Assembly: GCA_045599365.1 (NCBI GenBank)
Contig: JAZRVS010000129.1
Coordinates: forward strand, 1,684-65,683
Length of the DNA: 64,000 bases
Direction: 5' to 3'
Source: Bacteroidales bacterium
GTDB lineage: Bacteria; Bacteroidota; Bacteroidia; Bacteroidales; UBA1715
Made by a program: the position numbers and the translations under genes. The notes beneath the pieces are model-generated. The model ran no database searches. It saw only the letters and a program-made list of their open reading frames with translations, and was not told the origin of the DNA. Shown one piece after another: positions 33,193-43,300 of this stretch. The stretch's first letter is position 1. Each line of letters starts with the position of its first letter.

Positions 33193-33679
33193 GAATTTTT
33201 GCCAACGACAATCCTTTTTTTATAACTTCGTCAGAGTAAGGTTGAATTCCGTTTTCGTGTAAAATTATTCCTTCAATTAACTTTTTAAAATCAGATAGTT
33301 GTATTTTATCATCAGGTAATACGCCAACTTTATCGCAAACGTGTTTTACATAAGCTGACGTGTTGTTTTCGTTTGTTGGTGCGTATCTGTTAATAATTTG
33401 ACGAATCGTCTTTAAATTGTATTTGTTGTAATAATTAAATAATAATTTTGCTAAAGCACGAATTCCGTATTCAGGTGAAACAAATACGCAAAATGAAGCG
33501 TCTTTGCTTTTTCCGTCTTTATCTAATCCTTGCCAAGCTGAAGATGACCAACGGATATTTCCAGGATTGTTGTTTCGGATTCCTCTTGGTTGTGGGGTAA
33601 CTTGTGGGACAACTTGTGGGGTAGCTTGTGCTGTAGGTTTTGATTTTTTACAAAAAAGTTTTAACAACAATTTAATCAT
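33182..33679 (-). CDS. putative peptidoglycan hydrolase (RNNNPGNIR-motif family) with N-terminal hydrophobic leader
   Basis: Trimmed to MIKLLLKLFC... Has a TPQVVPQVTPQP linker, then GIRNNNPGNIR...YGIRA...IINRYAP..EN. I recall this motif from phage muralytic or structural P5-like proteins. Confidence 0.5.
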   Translation of the reverse strand: MIKLLLKLFCKKSKPTAQATPQVVPQVTPQPRGIRNNNPGNIRWSSSAWQGLDKDGKSKDASFCVFVSPEYGIRALAKLLFNYYNKYNLKTIRQIINRYAPTNENNTSAYVKHVCDKVGVLPDDKIQLSDFKKLIEGIILHENGIQPYSDEVIKKGLSLAKILDS

Positions 33680-34127
33680 TTTCCACTTCCTCCAAATAAT
33701 GATAATCGCCAGTTTCAAAATAAAGGTCCAAATTCTCGCTTGTGATTTGCAAATGTTCTGCCACAAGATTTACTAAAGTATGACCTCTATGGAAATCTTC
33801 AACGTCGTCAACGTCAATACGAGCAATTTCTTTAGCCATTTTTTCTTCTTCTGTTTCTTCAGGCATTTCTTCAATAATGTCACGAACATTTTGCTTAGTG
33901 AACATACGAGCTTGAATTAACGCACGCCAGACTTCAGCACGAGTGCGAGTTAAATCGTTAATTCGTTCTCTTTCCTGTTCCTCAAGTTCCTCTTGAGTGT
34001 AACCCCAAGCTTCTAATGCAGTTTCTGTTTCACGAATTTCATAACCCAATCTGTGATTTTGTGAAACAATAAATTCAAGTCTATCTTCTTCTTCGTATGG
34101 TTTTTCCAAACTTGATTTGATTTCCAT
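33672..34127 (-). CDS. hypothetical acidic protein
   Basis: Packed late ORF, E/D-rich. Confidence 0.5.
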   Translation of the reverse strand: MEIKSSLEKPYEEEDRLEFIVSQNHRLGYEIRETETALEAWGYTQEELEEQERERINDLTRTRAEVWRALIQARMFTKQNVRDIIEEMPEETEEEKMAKEIARIDVDDVEDFHRGHTLVNLVAEHLQITSENLDLYFETGDYHYLEEVEND

Positions 34128-34738
34128 TATAATACTCCTTTTAACTTATTTCCGTCTTGAAAAGCTTTAAAAATATCAATTACTTGTGTTTCTGTATAAT
34201 CAGTTGGACTTCCTTCAACTCGTTGTTGTGCAGTTATTGTTATTTCTGTTATGCGTGAAGGGTATCTGTCGCCATTATTATCTGGTCTAATACAAATACG
34301 AATTGCTGTACAAGTTCTTGAAAACGTGTGTGTATTTGTATTGGCAGATGATTGTGTACTCACGTGAACTGGAGTTCCACTTGAAATATCATAAATTATT
34401 GAACCTGTAATAGACGAAGCGTAACCTACAACAACTGATCCGTTAATGTAAATCTTTGATATTTTAAGTTTGTTTGAAAAATAGAGGTCAATGACACTGT
34501 ATGTCTTTGAACCCTTGTTCACAGTAAAATAACCGTTTTTTATAAAAGGATTAGTTATTGATTGATAATCTGTTATTGATTGATTTGAGAACGTCGGACT
34601 TGTTGGAGTATCTATTGTTGACCCCGATAATTGTGGGTCAGATATAGAAATTTGACCAAGCAAACCAGATACAGTTGTTGCTTGACTCCAAGTTCCATAT
34701 TTATAATAAAGCGTTTTCGTATCTTTAAATAATTTCAT
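34127..34738 (-). CDS. hypothetical tail-associated protein
   Basis: Follows the 800-aa fibre. No motif recognised. Confidence 0.5.
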   Translation of the reverse strand: MKLFKDTKTLYYKYGTWSQATTVSGLLGQISISDPQLSGSTIDTPTSPTFSNQSITDYQSITNPFIKNGYFTVNKGSKTYSVIDLYFSNKLKISKIYINGSVVVGYASSITGSIIYDISSGTPVHVSTQSSANTNTHTFSRTCTAIRICIRPDNNGDRYPSRITEITITAQQRVEGSPTDYTETQVIDIFKAFQDGNKLKGVL

Positions 34739-34739
34739 T

Positions 34740-37142
34740 TTATTGTCCGTCTGCTAAATAACCGTAAGCACGCCACATGAGTCTTTTTAAATCAGCAGTA
34801 TATTCTTTGTGTGTAAATCCAGTTACTGAAATAGAATTTGCATATAATTCAATGTCGTGAGATGCTCCAGCTCTAGTTGTAACTCTGGTTAAATAAACTT
34901 GAGGAACCCACTTAAATTTCTTAACGAACGTAAGCGTTTGTACAGTTGATGAAAAACTTGTGTCACCCCATTGTTCACAATAATTATCATCATAGATACG
35001 ATAACCACTTAATCCATCTGAACTTACATACGTTCTTGTTACACAATGAACTTCTGATGACATCTTTGAGTTGACCCACTCTGTTGTTGCTATGTGATTA
35101 GTAGTAGATGTGGAAGGTGGAGTTGGGGCGAAGGCATAAAAGTCCCCACTAGGAGTTGCAACTATAGATATTACACCATTGGATGTAGAGCCTAATGTTG
35201 GAGTATATGCCCTCATAGAAGCAACCAACTCTCCGTTAGTATTATACTCGCAACCAAATCGTGCAAGTCTTCCTGTACTTGTGTTTTCAGTTGAATCAAC
35301 CATCAGGTACTGATTTCCTACTGTTGCAGAAGGTACAGTTCCTTTTGTATAGTTAGTGGCTACAGAATAAATAGTGTTATTATTAGATTTAAAAGCGTTA
35401 TTAGCACTCAAACTTGCATACTCTTTAAGTTTAGTATTTCTAGCTCCTACTGTGTCACCTTGTGTTGATGATAAAGTGTCTTCTTGTGGGTGTGGAAACC
35501 TAACAAAACCAGCTTTACCTGTTTCACCACTATTAAGAATTTCAAAACTTGTAAAAGTATTATTTGTTTTATTATATAATTGAAAGTTAAGTCCAGCGGA
35601 TCCTGATTCAGATACATATCCTTTAAATCCTGCTGTACTACCTTCTCTTAAATTCGCTAAAAAAGCAGGTCCACCACTACTTGCAGATGTATAAGTTATG
35701 TTTCCGTTAAGATATACTGGTTTTGTAAATGTTTTAGTGCCAGTTATGGTTTGCGGTCCATTTAAATCAACATAATTAGCTAATTTAGTATTTCTTGCAC
35801 CAACTGTGTCAATCTGAACTGATCCAGTTGTATCGTCTGTTGGTGTCGGCGCGCTAGTTGAAAATGCACCAGTTTTTAAAGCATATATACCTAATGCTCC
35901 AAAAACACGAGTATCTCCGTTATAGATACTAGGACGTAAAAAAACTCCATTCGCATCGCTGCTTACGTGAGCGAACTCAATGCAGCTACCCGCTTTTTTA
36001 TCAGAGAATTGTTCAGTAATGTAATAACTATAATTAGCAGAAGTTGATACAGTACTACTAGCTGGATTATTCATTTGTAAGAATCTTCCAGAATTTGAAG
36101 ATGATGAGTAAGTTTTAACTATAATGCTAGTAAATGTTTTATCACCATCAATCGTCTGATTTCCAGTTGTTTTCACAACTGACGAATCAAGTTCAGTAAC
36201 TTTGTTTGATAAATCGGAGAATTCATCGTATTTAACTAACTGAACAGGTGATTTGACTTTCATTGATGTGACTTTATATGGAGAAGTTCTATCACGTTCT
36301 TCGTTCCAAATAACGACACCAACTCGTTTTGTTGCAACTCCTCCGACAACGGTATATAAAATATTCTCAGAAGGTTTATACCACAATGTATAATTAGTGG
36401 TTGGCTTATCTTCAGAAACAACAAAACTAGTAAATCCGTTATCAAAGTTGTGAGCATTACTTACAACAAGACCTATAAAAGGACCCCCATTAATAGTTCT
36501 TGTATAAGATATAGCTCTATCACTAGTCCACTTTAAATTATTATTTTTTCCATATTCATTTTTTCCGTCTGGAGCTGACATTTCAACTCCAGGTAACATA
36601 TAAACTGTACTTCCCATAAAGCCAAATCCGTTAAAAATTTGGTCTATTGAGATAATTTTACCTGTTGAATCACAACTAATAATGGCTAAAGGAAGACTTC
36701 CATATCGGTCAATCATTCCACTTGAATCATAAAAACGAATTGCATTTGTAGTAGTGTCCCACCAAGTAGTTGATGAAACTGGAGATACGACTTGTGGTCC
36801 AGATTGCCAAGTTGATAAATAACGAAGTCTTATTGTATCCTTATCAATAAACGCAGCCATAGCTTCATCTGGATTTGTTGTGCCACCACTTCTTGTAATG
36901 TCGTTTTGAACAACTACGGTTTCATACGTATTAACACCTTTTGGAACGTAATACTTACTTCCTGCTTTTAATGTCAATACACCTTCACTACTCAATTCCA
37001 ACTTAATATCTTGTGGAATTTTTGTAATGCAGTTTGAGATTTTAGAAGAAGCTTCTAAATCAATTTCATCTGCAATCTGATTAACTGTTTCATATAACGC
37101 TTCATCTGCTAATTGTTGCTTGTTAATTCTTGTGTTTGACAT
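34740..37142 (-). CDS. tail fibre protein
   Basis: Repeated fibre motifs G(N/P)QTI(D/T)G(D/T)KTFT and DTVGARNTKL (twice). Confidence 0.8.
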   Translation of the reverse strand: MSNTRINKQQLADEALYETVNQIADEIDLEASSKISNCITKIPQDIKLELSSEGVLTLKAGSKYYVPKGVNTYETVVVQNDITRSGGTTNPDEAMAAFIDKDTIRLRYLSTWQSGPQVVSPVSSTTWWDTTTNAIRFYDSSGMIDRYGSLPLAIISCDSTGKIISIDQIFNGFGFMGSTVYMLPGVEMSAPDGKNEYGKNNNLKWTSDRAISYTRTINGGPFIGLVVSNAHNFDNGFTSFVVSEDKPTTNYTLWYKPSENILYTVVGGVATKRVGVVIWNEERDRTSPYKVTSMKVKSPVQLVKYDEFSDLSNKVTELDSSVVKTTGNQTIDGDKTFTSIIVKTYSSSSNSGRFLQMNNPASSTVSTSANYSYYITEQFSDKKAGSCIEFAHVSSDANGVFLRPSIYNGDTRVFGALGIYALKTGAFSTSAPTPTDDTTGSVQIDTVGARNTKLANYVDLNGPQTITGTKTFTKPVYLNGNITYTSASSGGPAFLANLREGSTAGFKGYVSESGSAGLNFQLYNKTNNTFTSFEILNSGETGKAGFVRFPHPQEDTLSSTQGDTVGARNTKLKEYASLSANNAFKSNNNTIYSVATNYTKGTVPSATVGNQYLMVDSTENTSTGRLARFGCEYNTNGELVASMRAYTPTLGSTSNGVISIVATPSGDFYAFAPTPPSTSTTNHIATTEWVNSKMSSEVHCVTRTYVSSDGLSGYRIYDDNYCEQWGDTSFSSTVQTLTFVKKFKWVPQVYLTRVTTRAGASHDIELYANSISVTGFTHKEYTADLKRLMWRAYGYLADGQ

Positions 37143-37151
37143 TCACTTCTC

Positions 37152-37865
37152 CTAATATCCGTCTGCTAGATAATCTATTGTACCATTAACATAAACGCTT
37201 GTATTTGTCAAGCTCTTAATTCCTATTTTAAAGCTGTCCCTACTGACTTCACTTACTTCAATCACTCCATATCCGTCACTTTCAACTAACGCACTTGTAA
37301 TGTGTGGAATTGTGTAATATTTTTTACTTAATAAAACTGTTGTCGGACCTGAACTTGAGCAAGTAACTCGTCCTTTTTGAATCACATCTTCAACGTCAAT
37401 CGTTAATTTCTGACCAATTAAACCGAACCGTCCTTGAGTTTGAGCAATTTGCATTTGAACACCAACAATCGCTTCTTTATATTCGTATTCACCTGGAACA
37501 AGTGGACGTAATTCACTATAACCTAAAGGAGTTCTCTTTAAAGCAAATTCTTCAAAAACATCTCTGCTACTTGAGAAATTGTCTATCTCAAAATCATATA
37601 AAACAGTACTTCCTGCTTTTAAATCGTCTTCGTCAGCGATTTTGATTAAATCTTCTTTTACGGTTTTTGTGACATCTATTGTGTATTTGTCGCTTACCGT
37701 TAATTTGTCTTCAAGTCCTTTTACGTCAATAGCAGTTCGGTTTTTTCCCCAACCACTATAGTTGTATTGCATTTCTGGAGAACCAGAAATAAGCTGTAAC
37801 GCTTTCAGTTCTTCGTAAGTATATCCGTTTCCTTTTGTCCAAGTTATAATTACGTTTGAAGACAT
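37152..37865 (-). CDS. hypothetical tail protein
   Basis: Packed ORF between the gpJ-like gene and the fibre. Confidence 0.5.
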   Translation of the reverse strand: MSSNVIITWTKGNGYTYEELKALQLISGSPEMQYNYSGWGKNRTAIDVKGLEDKLTVSDKYTIDVTKTVKEDLIKIADEDDLKAGSTVLYDFEIDNFSSSRDVFEEFALKRTPLGYSELRPLVPGEYEYKEAIVGVQMQIAQTQGRFGLIGQKLTIDVEDVIQKGRVTCSSSGPTTVLLSKKYYTIPHITSALVESDGYGVIEVSEVSRDSFKIGIKSLTNTSVYVNGTIDYLADGY

Positions 37866-37867
37866 TT

Positions 37868-38299
37868 TTAAATTAACTCAAATTCAAATTCTTGTGTAAA
37901 ATCAACTGACGAATCAACTGTAATTGGTGTTGTGAAAAGCAATCTATCTAACATCGTTCCACCTGAGCTCGCATTGAAAACACCACCTTCAGTTATGTTT
38001 CCTGTAACAACTCCACGACCAAACGGTGCTGTGATAACAAAAGTTTTTCCACTAATTTGCCACGTTCCAACGTGACGATTGCTTTCATTGACTAATTTTG
38101 TCATAGCTGAAGTTGTTGCACCACCACCTTTTCCAACGGCAACATATTGCATAACAGCTGGACGACCACTCGTAGCTGTCATCGCTTTCATAATGAACTC
38201 AAAACCGACATTCACAATCATATTGTTTTGTTCGTAAATTTCAACGTGCCCATCATCGTATTTTAAAATTGCACGCCCTTTTCCTTTTACTTTAATCAT
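37868..38299 (-). CDS. hypothetical tail protein
   Basis: Trimmed to MIKVKGKG... with a GGAGG RBS. Overlaps the gpJ-like stop by 8 nt. Confidence 0.5.
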   Translation of the reverse strand: MIKVKGKGRAILKYDDGHVEIYEQNNMIVNVGFEFIMKAMTATSGRPAVMQYVAVGKGGGATTSAMTKLVNESNRHVGTWQISGKTFVITAPFGRGVVTGNITEGGVFNASSGGTMLDRLLFTTPITVDSSVDFTQEFEFELI

Positions 38300-41200
38300 A
38301 ATTGCCTCCGAAATACAACTTCGTGAACCCACCAATAGGTCCTGCTTCTACTTCTAAACTACTTGTAATATTAGCATATTCAACCGAATAGTCAAGTGAT
38401 AATTTGGTGTCACTTTGAGATACCATAACGTGCAAGTAATCTTGATTTTCAAATCTTGTAAATGGCTCTCTTAAAATAACTCCGTCACTACGTTCTAAAA
38501 ATAATTCCTTCTCAATAACGTATGCTTGAATCCAATTTGTGTTACTTGCGTTGCTCAAACGAAATATTCCGAAATAGTTACTCGTTTGACTTGTCATTTT
38601 AACTCTGAATTTAACCGTATAATTAGCAAATACATTAACGTTGTCATAACGCACTTCCATAACTTTGTTTAAGACAAGTCCCTTTGAAAAGTGAGCGTTT
38701 GCATAATAAACTTTGTAAGAATAAGCTGGAGCAATCGTGTTGTTGTAATCAACTAAAGTTTCGTTTAACGTAAAACCATAATTGTGTAAATACGGCTCCT
38801 CAATTTTATAAGTTATAACTGGAGTAATTGTCCCTTGTATTTCGGAGAATGTGCTTGAGTTAAGCCAGTTGAGTTTGGCTGCTTCTTCACTTCCCCACAT
38901 ATAATCCAAATCTTCAAATGTTAATCGTGAGCCGAATTTAAATCCTTCTGTCGTGAACCAGTTTCTCGCACGAATTACCTCTGGCAATTCAACTTTAAAG
39001 AAATGCTCGGCAAAATAAATTCCGTCAGACATCGCTTTAACGTCATCAAATTGTGTGTCTTCTAATCCGTAACTCACGCCTTGCCAACCTTGACTTGCGT
39101 TGTCAATTTCCATAATAACGTTTCTGTCTTGCTTTAATTCTTGTAAAGCTAAAGCATATCTGAATTCTTCTGAATAAACTCCAGAAGCAGAAACGGCTTT
39201 AATCATATATCCATTTTCAGAAATACCTGGATTTAAAATCGTGTTGTTCGTTCCTTTAACTCGGAATAAGGTAATGCCAGAGTCCCAATCAGCACCTGCC
39301 CGAACTTCAAATTCAACACCGTTTCCTGTTTCAGCACTCCAATCAAATCGCAAGTTATCGTTGCTTGGAGTTACGTAAAAGTTTCTCACAGGTGATGGAG
39401 CTGATAAATGGGAAATGTTATAAGCATAATTTACCGAATAATTACCTAAAACGTCAATCGCTTTAATCATATATTTGCGTTCATCTGTTCCAATATAATT
39501 GTCAATAAAGCGATTGTCTGTCAAATAACTTGCGATAACATCCCCTGTTTCCCAATCTTCGCCAATTCTGATTTCATATCCAATTAAGTCGGCGTCTTGA
39601 ACTTTGTCCCACGTTAAAACAACGTTGTTTATATTCGGTGTTGCTATGAAATTCCATACGTCAGCAGGTGGCTCTGATAAATCACTTATTACACATTCAA
39701 AAATAGGAGCTGTGTCAAAATCAGCCACACTTCCATAAACGTTGCTAGGCAAAACAATAAATTCATAATCACCTGCTGGGTGATTGATAATTGTATCTCC
39801 GTCAACTAACGTTCTGACTTGCCAATCGTAGTTGTCGTCTTCTGTTCCAGTTCCTTCTTTCAATCGTGAATAAACATAAAAGCGATTGCTGTAAAATGGG
39901 TACCTGTTTTTATCAAGCTCTGGTGTTAATACAAGTTGCGTTTGTTTTTCGTCTTTTACATAATACTCAGAGAAAGATAAGCCGATTATGTGTGGAACGA
40001 CATACGAACTTGGCATTGTGCTATTGTCAATCGTTGTTATTTCATAACCTGTGTCAGCTTCGTATTGTTTGTTGCGATAAATTTCAATTGCGTTTATTGA
40101 AATTGTGTCAATGTCGTCTTGTCCTTCTGCTATTGAAATGACTTTGAAAGGTTTAGCTGAACCGAAATTATCTTTACTTCCTGTCAAAGAGAAAACTGCT
40201 TTTTCAGGTAAGTTAATTGGCAACGACTCGTTTAAATATAAGGTTTTTACTTCACCGTATTCTTTTACGTCAAGTTGCATTTCAACAACACCGTCTGGCA
40301 ACTGTAAGTTAATTCCGTATAAACTGCCAGCTTCAATAAAAACTGGGTCACGTAATTTAATGCTCATTCTGTCTTCGGAAACTGATTTAATACGTCCAGA
40401 TTGTGAATATTGCATATTCGGGTCAGCGACTAAAATCGTATCAAAAATATCAATATTTTGCCCAGCACGATTTGTCACAAAAGAAACTGACATAACTTCC
40501 TTTACAGATGAAAGCAAGTGATAACGAGCTCGTCTAATTGCTTCGCTTTCTTTTGTACAACCAACTGCTTGGAAATCCTCAGTAATTCTTCCATATAATT
40601 CAATTTGTTCGTCGTCTTTTACTTGTCGTCTGTCTTCCGACCAGTTTAAATTCGGGTTGACGAACGTGACACTAACTTCATTATAACGTGTACTTGGGTC
40701 AGTAAAAGAATAATTAAAGCCAGCTGCAGTTACATTTTCTGGAGAAAAAATGTGTTTCGCTTGTCTGTTTCTGTCATAAGACAAACGCACATATCCAGTT
40801 GCGTCTTCATAAATCGTCGCATTGAAAATTGAAGCAATATAATTCAACATTTCTGGTCCAGATTTTGCTTCAGAAATAACGATGTTTAACGTATATCGTG
40901 GTTCAACTCCACCTTTTCCGTCATCAACTAATTCGTCACAAAATTGTCCAGCTTCATAAAAATCGTATTTATCAGGCAATACTTCCCAATAAGAATTAAC
41001 ACCGTATCTGTCATTAACTAGCAAATCATATAAACACCAAGCTGGGTTATCGGTCCACTCCATTTTAAATGTGCCGTCCCATTCTCCGTTATACGTTCTG
41101 TTTTCTGGATTATAGTTACTCGGCACTTTTACAACTAAACCTTTATAAATTCCACTAAAACTCGGTAATTGTGAAAATTGGTCTGAAGTTGATACGTTTA

Positions 41201-41894
41201 TGTGAGCGATTGCCGTATTTTCAAAGTTATAATCTTTCGCAACAACTTCTTCAAATTGTTGGAAATACAATGAGTTATAATAACCTTTTCCACTTTCAGG
41301 TGAATTTTCACTCGTTTTTGTCAAACGAATATCGTAAGTTGTGTTTTCTAAACGTGGAACTGGCACACGATAATCACGAGAATATTGTGACGTAGTTTTA
41401 CCAGAAATCACCATATCTTCATTTCGGTATGTCGTCCACATTTGAGAATTAGTCGGCTTGTATTCAATTTTGAATTTTACGCTTGATGCATACTGACTTC
41501 CACTTTTTGTTTCCCAATACAATAGATTACACATAACACGAATATCTAAATAATCAATGTCACCTGTTTGAGTTGTTCTTGTAATTGGTTCGTTGTGTTT
41601 TAATTCAACTCCGACATTTGTGGCTCTTGCCACACCACCTAATTTTAATTTTATTTCTTCATCTTGAGAAGGGTCGCCCAATTTAATGTCTAAATCGTAA
41701 TCGGAAAAATTTTTACTTCCGTCTTCGTTAATTAAAGGTGTGTCGTCCAAGAAAAATGATTTTTCTCCGTTTTCAAGACCTGAAATCGGACCTTCGCAAA
41801 GTCCAATAACAAGTTCAGCACTGTCCTCTGAACGAAGTGTATCAGAAGCTATTTTTGGCGTTTTTTGACTTTTTGCGAAAGATATATTTTTCAT
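38292..41894 (-). CDS. gpJ-like tail tip / host-specificity protein
   Basis: 1200 aa, directly after the gpI-like gene. Synteny M-L-K-I-J. Central repeated beta-rich (FN3-like) segments. Confidence 0.85.
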   Translation of the reverse strand: MKNISFAKSQKTPKIASDTLRSEDSAELVIGLCEGPISGLENGEKSFFLDDTPLINEDGSKNFSDYDLDIKLGDPSQDEEIKLKLGGVARATNVGVELKHNEPITRTTQTGDIDYLDIRVMCNLLYWETKSGSQYASSVKFKIEYKPTNSQMWTTYRNEDMVISGKTTSQYSRDYRVPVPRLENTTYDIRLTKTSENSPESGKGYYNSLYFQQFEEVVAKDYNFENTAIAHINVSTSDQFSQLPSFSGIYKGLVVKVPSNYNPENRTYNGEWDGTFKMEWTDNPAWCLYDLLVNDRYGVNSYWEVLPDKYDFYEAGQFCDELVDDGKGGVEPRYTLNIVISEAKSGPEMLNYIASIFNATIYEDATGYVRLSYDRNRQAKHIFSPENVTAAGFNYSFTDPSTRYNEVSVTFVNPNLNWSEDRRQVKDDEQIELYGRITEDFQAVGCTKESEAIRRARYHLLSSVKEVMSVSFVTNRAGQNIDIFDTILVADPNMQYSQSGRIKSVSEDRMSIKLRDPVFIEAGSLYGINLQLPDGVVEMQLDVKEYGEVKTLYLNESLPINLPEKAVFSLTGSKDNFGSAKPFKVISIAEGQDDIDTISINAIEIYRNKQYEADTGYEITTIDNSTMPSSYVVPHIIGLSFSEYYVKDEKQTQLVLTPELDKNRYPFYSNRFYVYSRLKEGTGTEDDNYDWQVRTLVDGDTIINHPAGDYEFIVLPSNVYGSVADFDTAPIFECVISDLSEPPADVWNFIATPNINNVVLTWDKVQDADLIGYEIRIGEDWETGDVIASYLTDNRFIDNYIGTDERKYMIKAIDVLGNYSVNYAYNISHLSAPSPVRNFYVTPSNDNLRFDWSAETGNGVEFEVRAGADWDSGITLFRVKGTNNTILNPGISENGYMIKAVSASGVYSEEFRYALALQELKQDRNVIMEIDNASQGWQGVSYGLEDTQFDDVKAMSDGIYFAEHFFKVELPEVIRARNWFTTEGFKFGSRLTFEDLDYMWGSEEAAKLNWLNSSTFSEIQGTITPVITYKIEEPYLHNYGFTLNETLVDYNNTIAPAYSYKVYYANAHFSKGLVLNKVMEVRYDNVNVFANYTVKFRVKMTSQTSNYFGIFRLSNASNTNWIQAYVIEKELFLERSDGVILREPFTRFENQDYLHVMVSQSDTKLSLDYSVEYANITSSLEVEAGPIGGFTKLYFGGNYD

Positions 41895-41897
41895 TTC

Positions 41898-42473
41898 TTA
41901 TCCGTTTCTATCACTTGATTGTAAATTCAACGACAACAAATGTCCATACATTTTGTGCTTTCCATAACACAAAGCAATTCTAGTGCCACTTGTTGTTGTA
42001 TTTTGATGATTAAACATTCTTGATTGTGGAACATCTCCTGTTGACGAAGCTTTCGGTACAGGTGTTAATAACGTTGAAACACCTGATAACATCATACCGA
42101 TTCCAAGCGATAAAAAAGAACCAGCAATTGGTCCTAAAGTTCCACCACTGAGAACAACTGCCGTAATCGTTAAACCTACAATAACAGCTCCGATTGCAAT
42201 TTGTGTCCAACCAGCTTTTTTTCCACCACCGCCAGCAGCAACAAATGAAGGAAATATATTTAACTCAGTTATATCCTCTAAGTTTGAAAAAATACGTTCT
42301 TTTGTCGGACATTCTTTTACACGACAGACATATCTAGTTCCGTCTTTTTTGTATAATTGAGGAAGCTGATTTGTCAAACCACGAATTGCCTCAGCTGGAG
42401 TGCTTGCGTCAATTTCATAAACTTTCGGACAATGCTTTTTCAAAATACCGTGAAATTTAATCTTTACAAACAT
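41898..42473 (-). CDS. gpI-like tail assembly protein
   Basis: N-terminal ubiquitin-like MFVKIKFHG..., Gly-rich and hydrophobic C-terminal half. Position is as in lambda. Confidence 0.7.
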   Translation of the reverse strand: MFVKIKFHGILKKHCPKVYEIDASTPAEAIRGLTNQLPQLYKKDGTRYVCRVKECPTKERIFSNLEDITELNIFPSFVAAGGGGKKAGWTQIAIGAVIVGLTITAVVLSGGTLGPIAGSFLSLGIGMMLSGVSTLLTPVPKASSTGDVPQSRMFNHQNTTTSGTRIALCYGKHKMYGHLLSLNLQSSDRNG

Positions 42474-42816
42474 TTATTTCCTCAATCAAAATCGTGTTAC
42501 GTTCACTAACCTTATAGCACGAAATTCCGTCTTTGCCAACAATAAAATGAAGTAAGTTCGCCCAATTTTTAAAAGCTTCACAATCTTGTTTTGATAAATT
42601 CTTTTCTCCATTTGGGTGAGTGTGAAAAGTGGCAATTACTTCGTCGTCTTCCAGCATTTCCAACGAGTCGCAGGAAAATGAAAATCCTTCAAGTGGATTT
42701 ATGTGGTCGTTTTCAACTTCAATTACTTCGTTTCCTTTTAAATAACCACCACGCTCAATTCCGTCATCGGAATAAAATGACAATAATTTATTATAAGTTA
42801 ACTCGTTTAAATTCAT
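42457..42816 (-). CDS. JAB/MPN metalloprotease domain protein (gpK N-domain-like)
   Basis: JAMM motif HTHPNGEKNLSKQD (HxH-x7-S-x2-D). Confidence 0.8.
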   Translation of the reverse strand: MNLNELTYNKLLSFYSDDGIERGGYLKGNEVIEVENDHINPLEGFSFSCDSLEMLEDDEVIATFHTHPNGEKNLSKQDCEAFKNWANLLHFIVGKDGISCYKVSERNTILIEEINVCKD

Positions 42817-43225
42817 AAGGTTTTCTCACTTTCTGTTTTTTATTTTGAATGTGTCTAATTCTAGCTACAGTTAAATTTTTCCACATTCCACGATATTTGT
42901 CAACTGAAGACAATCTTCCAATAACGTGATGTAAAATAAATCCGTCCCCGATATAAATTGCTCCGTGACAAGCAACACTACTTCCTAAAGCGATTAAAAA
43001 CAAGTCGCCAAATTGAGCTTCTTCATCGTCTTCCAATAAATAAAAACCTTCTTTCTTAAAATTTTGAATATAAAGATTTTCTCCGTTGTCCCACCAAAAG
43101 TCAGCTCTAGCGTAATTTGTCAAATCAATGTCAAATTCGTTTTTATAAAATTCACGAATTAACCCATAACAATCAGTATCTCCGTGAACAAAAGCTTTCC
43201 CACAATAAGAATCTGTGTTAAACAT
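42791..43225 (-). CDS. NlpC/P60 cysteine peptidase domain protein (gpK C-domain-like)
   Basis: Catalytic-Cys context GDTDCYGLIREFY, and downstream H in GFILHHV. Confidence 0.75.
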   Translation of the reverse strand: MFNTDSYCGKAFVHGDTDCYGLIREFYKNEFDIDLTNYARADFWWDNGENLYIQNFKKEGFYLLEDDEEAQFGDLFLIALGSSVACHGAIYIGDGFILHHVIGRLSSVDKYRGMWKNLTVARIRHIQNKKQKVRKPYEFKRVNL

Positions 43226-43292
43226 TTCTCCTCCCTATAACAAAATAATAAATTAAAGCTACCATAAGAGATACAAACGTCATTTCAAACAT
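43221..43292 (-). CDS. possible 23-aa hydrophobic micro-ORF
   Basis: GGAGGAAGT RBS, then MFEMTFVSLMVALIYYFVIGRRNV. Its stop overlaps the start region of the next gene. Speculative. Confidence 0.2.
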
Positions 43293-43300
43293 ACTTCCTC

